From NCBI GenBank assembly GCA_964291265.2, contig OZ219747.1:416001-480000 (forward strand): a stretch of DNA of 64,000 nt, read 5' to 3'. Position numbers and translations under genes: made by a program. The notes under the pieces were generated by a model. The model had not been told where the DNA came from. It saw nothing but the letters and a program-made list of their open reading frames with translations, and did not search any database. Positions 60,964 through 64,000 of the stretch are shown here, piece by piece (the first letter of the stretch is position 1; the number at the start of each line of letters is the position of its first letter). This DNA comes from Alphaproteobacteria bacterium. GTDB taxonomy: Bacteria; Pseudomonadota; Alphaproteobacteria; SP197.

Positions 60964-62493
60964 ATGTTTGCCATGCCCAGGAAGGCAGTGTTCAGGCCCG
61001 TTGATCGCCGCAGGTTTCTGGAACTCGGCGGTGGTGTTGCGACGACGCTCGGCGCCGGATCGATTGCGGTCGGAATGAACTCCATGATCACACGACGCCC
61101 GGTCTACGCGTCGTCCTCGGAAGAGGCCAAGTGGCGCCAGTACGAGGGTTCGAAGCTTGTGTTCATGTCGGAGAACACGCCTCCTTCCTTCGCCATCCGT
61201 GACAACATCAAGGCATTCTACGACCTCACCGGCATCGAGGTGGAGATCCTCACCGACGGATTGCCGACCGTGCAGCAGAAGGTCGGCATCGATCTCAGGA
61301 GCGGCCAGGCCGACTATCACCTGAACTACGTGCAGGACAAGCCGATCGGGTCGCCCTTCGCCGATTTCTACGCCGACCTCAACGAATTCACGGTTGACGA
61401 CACCCTGCCGCTCGATCCCCAGGGCTACGGCAGCGAGGTCTGGTTCGAGAACTATCTCGATGCCTGCGGCGTCTACTACGAACGCGGGCCGATCCGGGCC
61501 TTCCCCTACGACTGCGCGGTCTCATGCACCTTCTACAGGCAGGATCTCTTCGAGAAGCTGTCCAAGGATTTCGAGGCCGACTACGGTTACCGTCTCGAGT
61601 TCACGGACGACACGACCTACGCGAACATGGTCGATTTCGCCGCGTTCTTCAAGATGATGCACGAGCGCGATGCATCCGTTCCCTACGGTTACGCGCAGCA
61701 TCACGGCTCATTCAGCTGGACGACGCAGCTCGATATCCAGCGACATATGTACGCGCAGAACCAGTGGCTCGACTTCGCGGTCGACGACACCCTGGGCTCG
61801 AAGGAACCCGGCCCGACGAACTGGGGTGACGCGCAGTCGGTCAGGTCCATGGAAGGCTACAAGGCGCTTGCCGATGTCAGCCACCCGGACAACCTGACCA
61901 ACGGGACACTGGAGCTGAACACCGTCTACGCCGCCGGCGGCATCGCGATGCAGATCCAGTATCACGAGTTTGCCGCCTCGATCGAGGATCCCGAGCAGTC
62001 CGTCGCCGCTGGCGGCAGGACGGCCTACGCCATGGGGCCGAAGGGTGATCCATCGTGGAACACCGATGGCAGCAGCAATGTGGTCAACGCCACCAACTGC
62101 GGCATCGGCGGCATCGGCATCAACGCCGGCGCATCGATGGACCTGCAGCGTGCGGCGTTCATCTTCGCCAGCTGGGCGTGCAGCCACGACACGCAGCTCA
62201 TGGTGCTGCAGGGCGTCGGCGGCACGCCGACCCGCAGGTCCGTTCTGGACGTGCCCGAGGTCCGGCAGGCCCGCAACCGGCCCACCAGCATGCCGAATGC
62301 CCTGACCTTCGAGGCGGTCTACGACAAGGGCATCCGCTCGCCGAACATGGTGCTCGGACCCAAGTTGCCAAAGGCGAACGAGTACCACGAGATCGTCCGC
62401 ATCGGTACGCAGCAGTGCATCTCGGGCGAGCTTTCGGCCCAGGAAGCCTGTGAGTCCATCAGGGACGAACTCGATTCAATTCACGGAGTCTGA
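60964..62493 (+). CDS. Sugar-type (CUT1) ABC substrate-binding protein with Tat signal
   Basis: DRRRFL, F...TGIEVE, FYR.DLF; followed by MalF/MalG-like permeases. Confidence 0.85.
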   Translation: MFAMPRKAVFRPVDRRRFLELGGGVATTLGAGSIAVGMNSMITRRPVYASSSEEAKWRQYEGSKLVFMSENTPPSFAIRDNIKAFYDLTGIEVEILTDGLPTVQQKVGIDLRSGQADYHLNYVQDKPIGSPFADFYADLNEFTVDDTLPLDPQGYGSEVWFENYLDACGVYYERGPIRAFPYDCAVSCTFYRQDLFEKLSKDFEADYGYRLEFTDDTTYANMVDFAAFFKMMHERDASVPYGYAQHHGSFSWTTQLDIQRHMYAQNQWLDFAVDDTLGSKEPGPTNWGDAQSVRSMEGYKALADVSHPDNLTNGTLELNTVYAAGGIAMQIQYHEFAASIEDPEQSVAAGGRTAYAMGPKGDPSWNTDGSSNVVNATNCGIGGIGINAGASMDLQRAAFIFASWACSHDTQLMVLQGVGGTPTRRSVLDVPEVRQARNRPTSMPNALTFEAVYDKGIRSPNMVLGPKLPKANEYHEIVRIGTQQCISGELSAQEACESIRDELDSIHGV

Positions 62494-62501
62494 GTGACGT
62501 T

Positions 62502-62564
62502 CCGCACCGACCGCGGTCGGTGCGGCCCGGTGCGTGGTCCCCGGCAGTGCCGCGGGGGACCACG
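62502..62564 (+). promoter_or_regulatory. Two intercistronic hairpins
   Basis: 24-bp perfect palindrome CCGCACCGACCGCGGTCGGTGCGG and 11-bp stem GCGTGGTCCCC / GGGGACCACGC. Confidence 0.55.
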
Positions 62565-62584
62565 CGCCGTCACCATGGCGAGAC

Positions 62585-63556
62585 ATGCAGATCGACACCT
62601 TGAAGAGTGACGCCGCAGCGGTCCGCGGTGCGCGCACGGTCGAGCGCGTGCCGGAGAGCTTCAACCCGCGTCCGCTGCGCCTTTACCTGCTGTGGCTGAT
62701 GCTGCCGGCGATCCTGTTGCTCGCGGCCATCACGCTCTATCCCTTCTTCTGGCTCATCTTCATGACCCTGCACGAGGTTCAGCTTGCGCCCGGCAAGCCG
62801 GACCTGTGGGTCGGCCTGGACAATTTCGCGCGACTTATCCACGACAAGCAGTTCCTGAACGGGTGGCTCACGCTGTTCAGGTACAGCGCTCTTTGCCTCT
62901 CGGTGGAGATCTGCCTCGGCGTGCTCGTCGCCGTCCTTCTGCACAACAGCCGTTTCGAGAAGATCCTCGTCACCGTTTTCCTGATGCCGATGATGATGGC
63001 ACCGGTGATCGCCGGATTTCTCTACCTGTTCCTCTACAACGGGACGTTCGGCTGGTATTTCTGGCTGTTGCAGAGCATCGGCCTCCTCGAAGGGGGGTCG
63101 ATCCTCGGCAACAAGTCATGGGCCATGTTCGCCATCGTTGCGACCGATGTCTGGCAATGGACGCCGTTGATTGCGCTCATCACGCTTGCCGGCCTCAAGC
63201 GCGTTCCTCAGGACCAGCTCGAGGCCCACATGGTGGACGGCGCCGGCGCCCTGCGCAATTTTGTCAGCGTGGCCCTGCCCAACCTCTACCCTTTCCTGCT
63301 GATCGCGATCCTGCTTCGTTTCATGGACAACTTCAGGTTCATTGACGCCATCCTGATCATGACCGGTGGCGGCCCGGCCAATGCCACCAAGATCCTGCCG
63401 ACGTATCTCTTCGACGTCTCCTTCAAGTACTTCGAGCTCGGACGCGGCGCCGCCGTTGCCTTCACCCTTCTGCTGCTGACGATCATCCTGGGTCTCGTGC
63501 TCACCAAGGTGTTCGAGAGTCCGGGCAGCAAGATTACCTCCGGACAGGGAGACTAG
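62585..63556 (+). CDS. Carbohydrate ABC permease (MalF-like)
   Basis: VGLDNF, DVWQWTP, EA..VDGA, GGP...T. Confidence 0.9.
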   Translation: MQIDTLKSDAAAVRGARTVERVPESFNPRPLRLYLLWLMLPAILLLAAITLYPFFWLIFMTLHEVQLAPGKPDLWVGLDNFARLIHDKQFLNGWLTLFRYSALCLSVEICLGVLVAVLLHNSRFEKILVTVFLMPMMMAPVIAGFLYLFLYNGTFGWYFWLLQSIGLLEGGSILGNKSWAMFAIVATDVWQWTPLIALITLAGLKRVPQDQLEAHMVDGAGALRNFVSVALPNLYPFLLIAILLRFMDNFRFIDAILIMTGGGPANATKILPTYLFDVSFKYFELGRGAAVAFTLLLLTIILGLVLTKVFESPGSKITSGQGD

Positions 63557-63560
63557 GCCC

Positions 63561-64000
63561 GTGTCGTCGCGCGAGATCGTCCGCTATCGTTCGCCGATGC
63601 GCAGCGTGGGCCAGGGACTTTCGACCCTGTTCCTGATCGTGTTCCTTGCATGGACCGTGTTGCCGCTCTTCATCATGGTGGTGTCGTCCTTCAAGGATCT
63701 GCTGGATGCGTTCCAGCTGCCCGCGGTCGGCGACTGGGGCGGCGTCGGTGTCATGTTCGATTTCGAACCGACGGGCCGGCACTACGTCGAACTGTTCACC
63801 GAGAAGAGTTTCGGCACCTATCTGCGGAACAGCCTGATCGCATCGCTGGGTTCGGCGGCGGTTTCGGTCGCACTGGGCTCGATGGCGGCCTACGCGCTGT
63901 CTCGGGCCGAGTTCCGGGGCAGGAAAGACCTTCTGTTCTGGATCATCTCGACGCGGATGGCGCCCGTGGTAGCGGTCATGGTGCCGCTCTACGTGATCTT
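63561..64000 (+). CDS. Carbohydrate ABC permease (MalG-like), 3'-truncated by window edge
   Basis: Open frame from GTG 63561: P..MVVSSFK, NSLI, AAYALSR, RMAP; missing from the ORF track because it has no stop. Confidence 0.88.
   Translation, partial: MSSREIVRYRSPMRSVGQGLSTLFLIVFLAWTVLPLFIMVVSSFKDLLDAFQLPAVGDWGGVGVMFDFEPTGRHYVELFTEKSFGTYLRNSLIASLGSAAVSVALGSMAAYALSRAEFRGRKDLLFWIISTRMAPVVAVMVPLYVI

Overview
GC-rich bacterial window; gene content (argJ, sdhCDAB, mcl2/mch, zur with a Zn ABC operon) suggests an alphaproteobacterium (inference). Two ordinary flanks enclose a ~39-kb region after tRNA-Ser(CGA) that is dense in pseudogenes and nested insertion sequences, most with readable ends and target-site duplications. 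The left flank has argJ and an acyl-CoA/TauD/SDR cluster; the right has the Zn operon, mcl2-mch-sdhCDAB and a sugar ABC transporter. Main candidate: a 5.16-kb DDE transposon (44796-49955) inserted into another transposase gene. It carries a Zn-finger/HTH gene, an rve transposase, an ExeA/TnsC-like ATPase, an AAA_25 RepA-like helicase, an origin-like repeat cluster and a TOPRIM primase-like gene, so it may encode its own replication module. Also notable: an IR-less element with a Rep-like motif and a hairpin-rich leader, two DUF4338-like/IS4 transposase fusions, and a strong loss of TpA dinucleotides between sibling IS copies. All calls are by eye; no searches were run.
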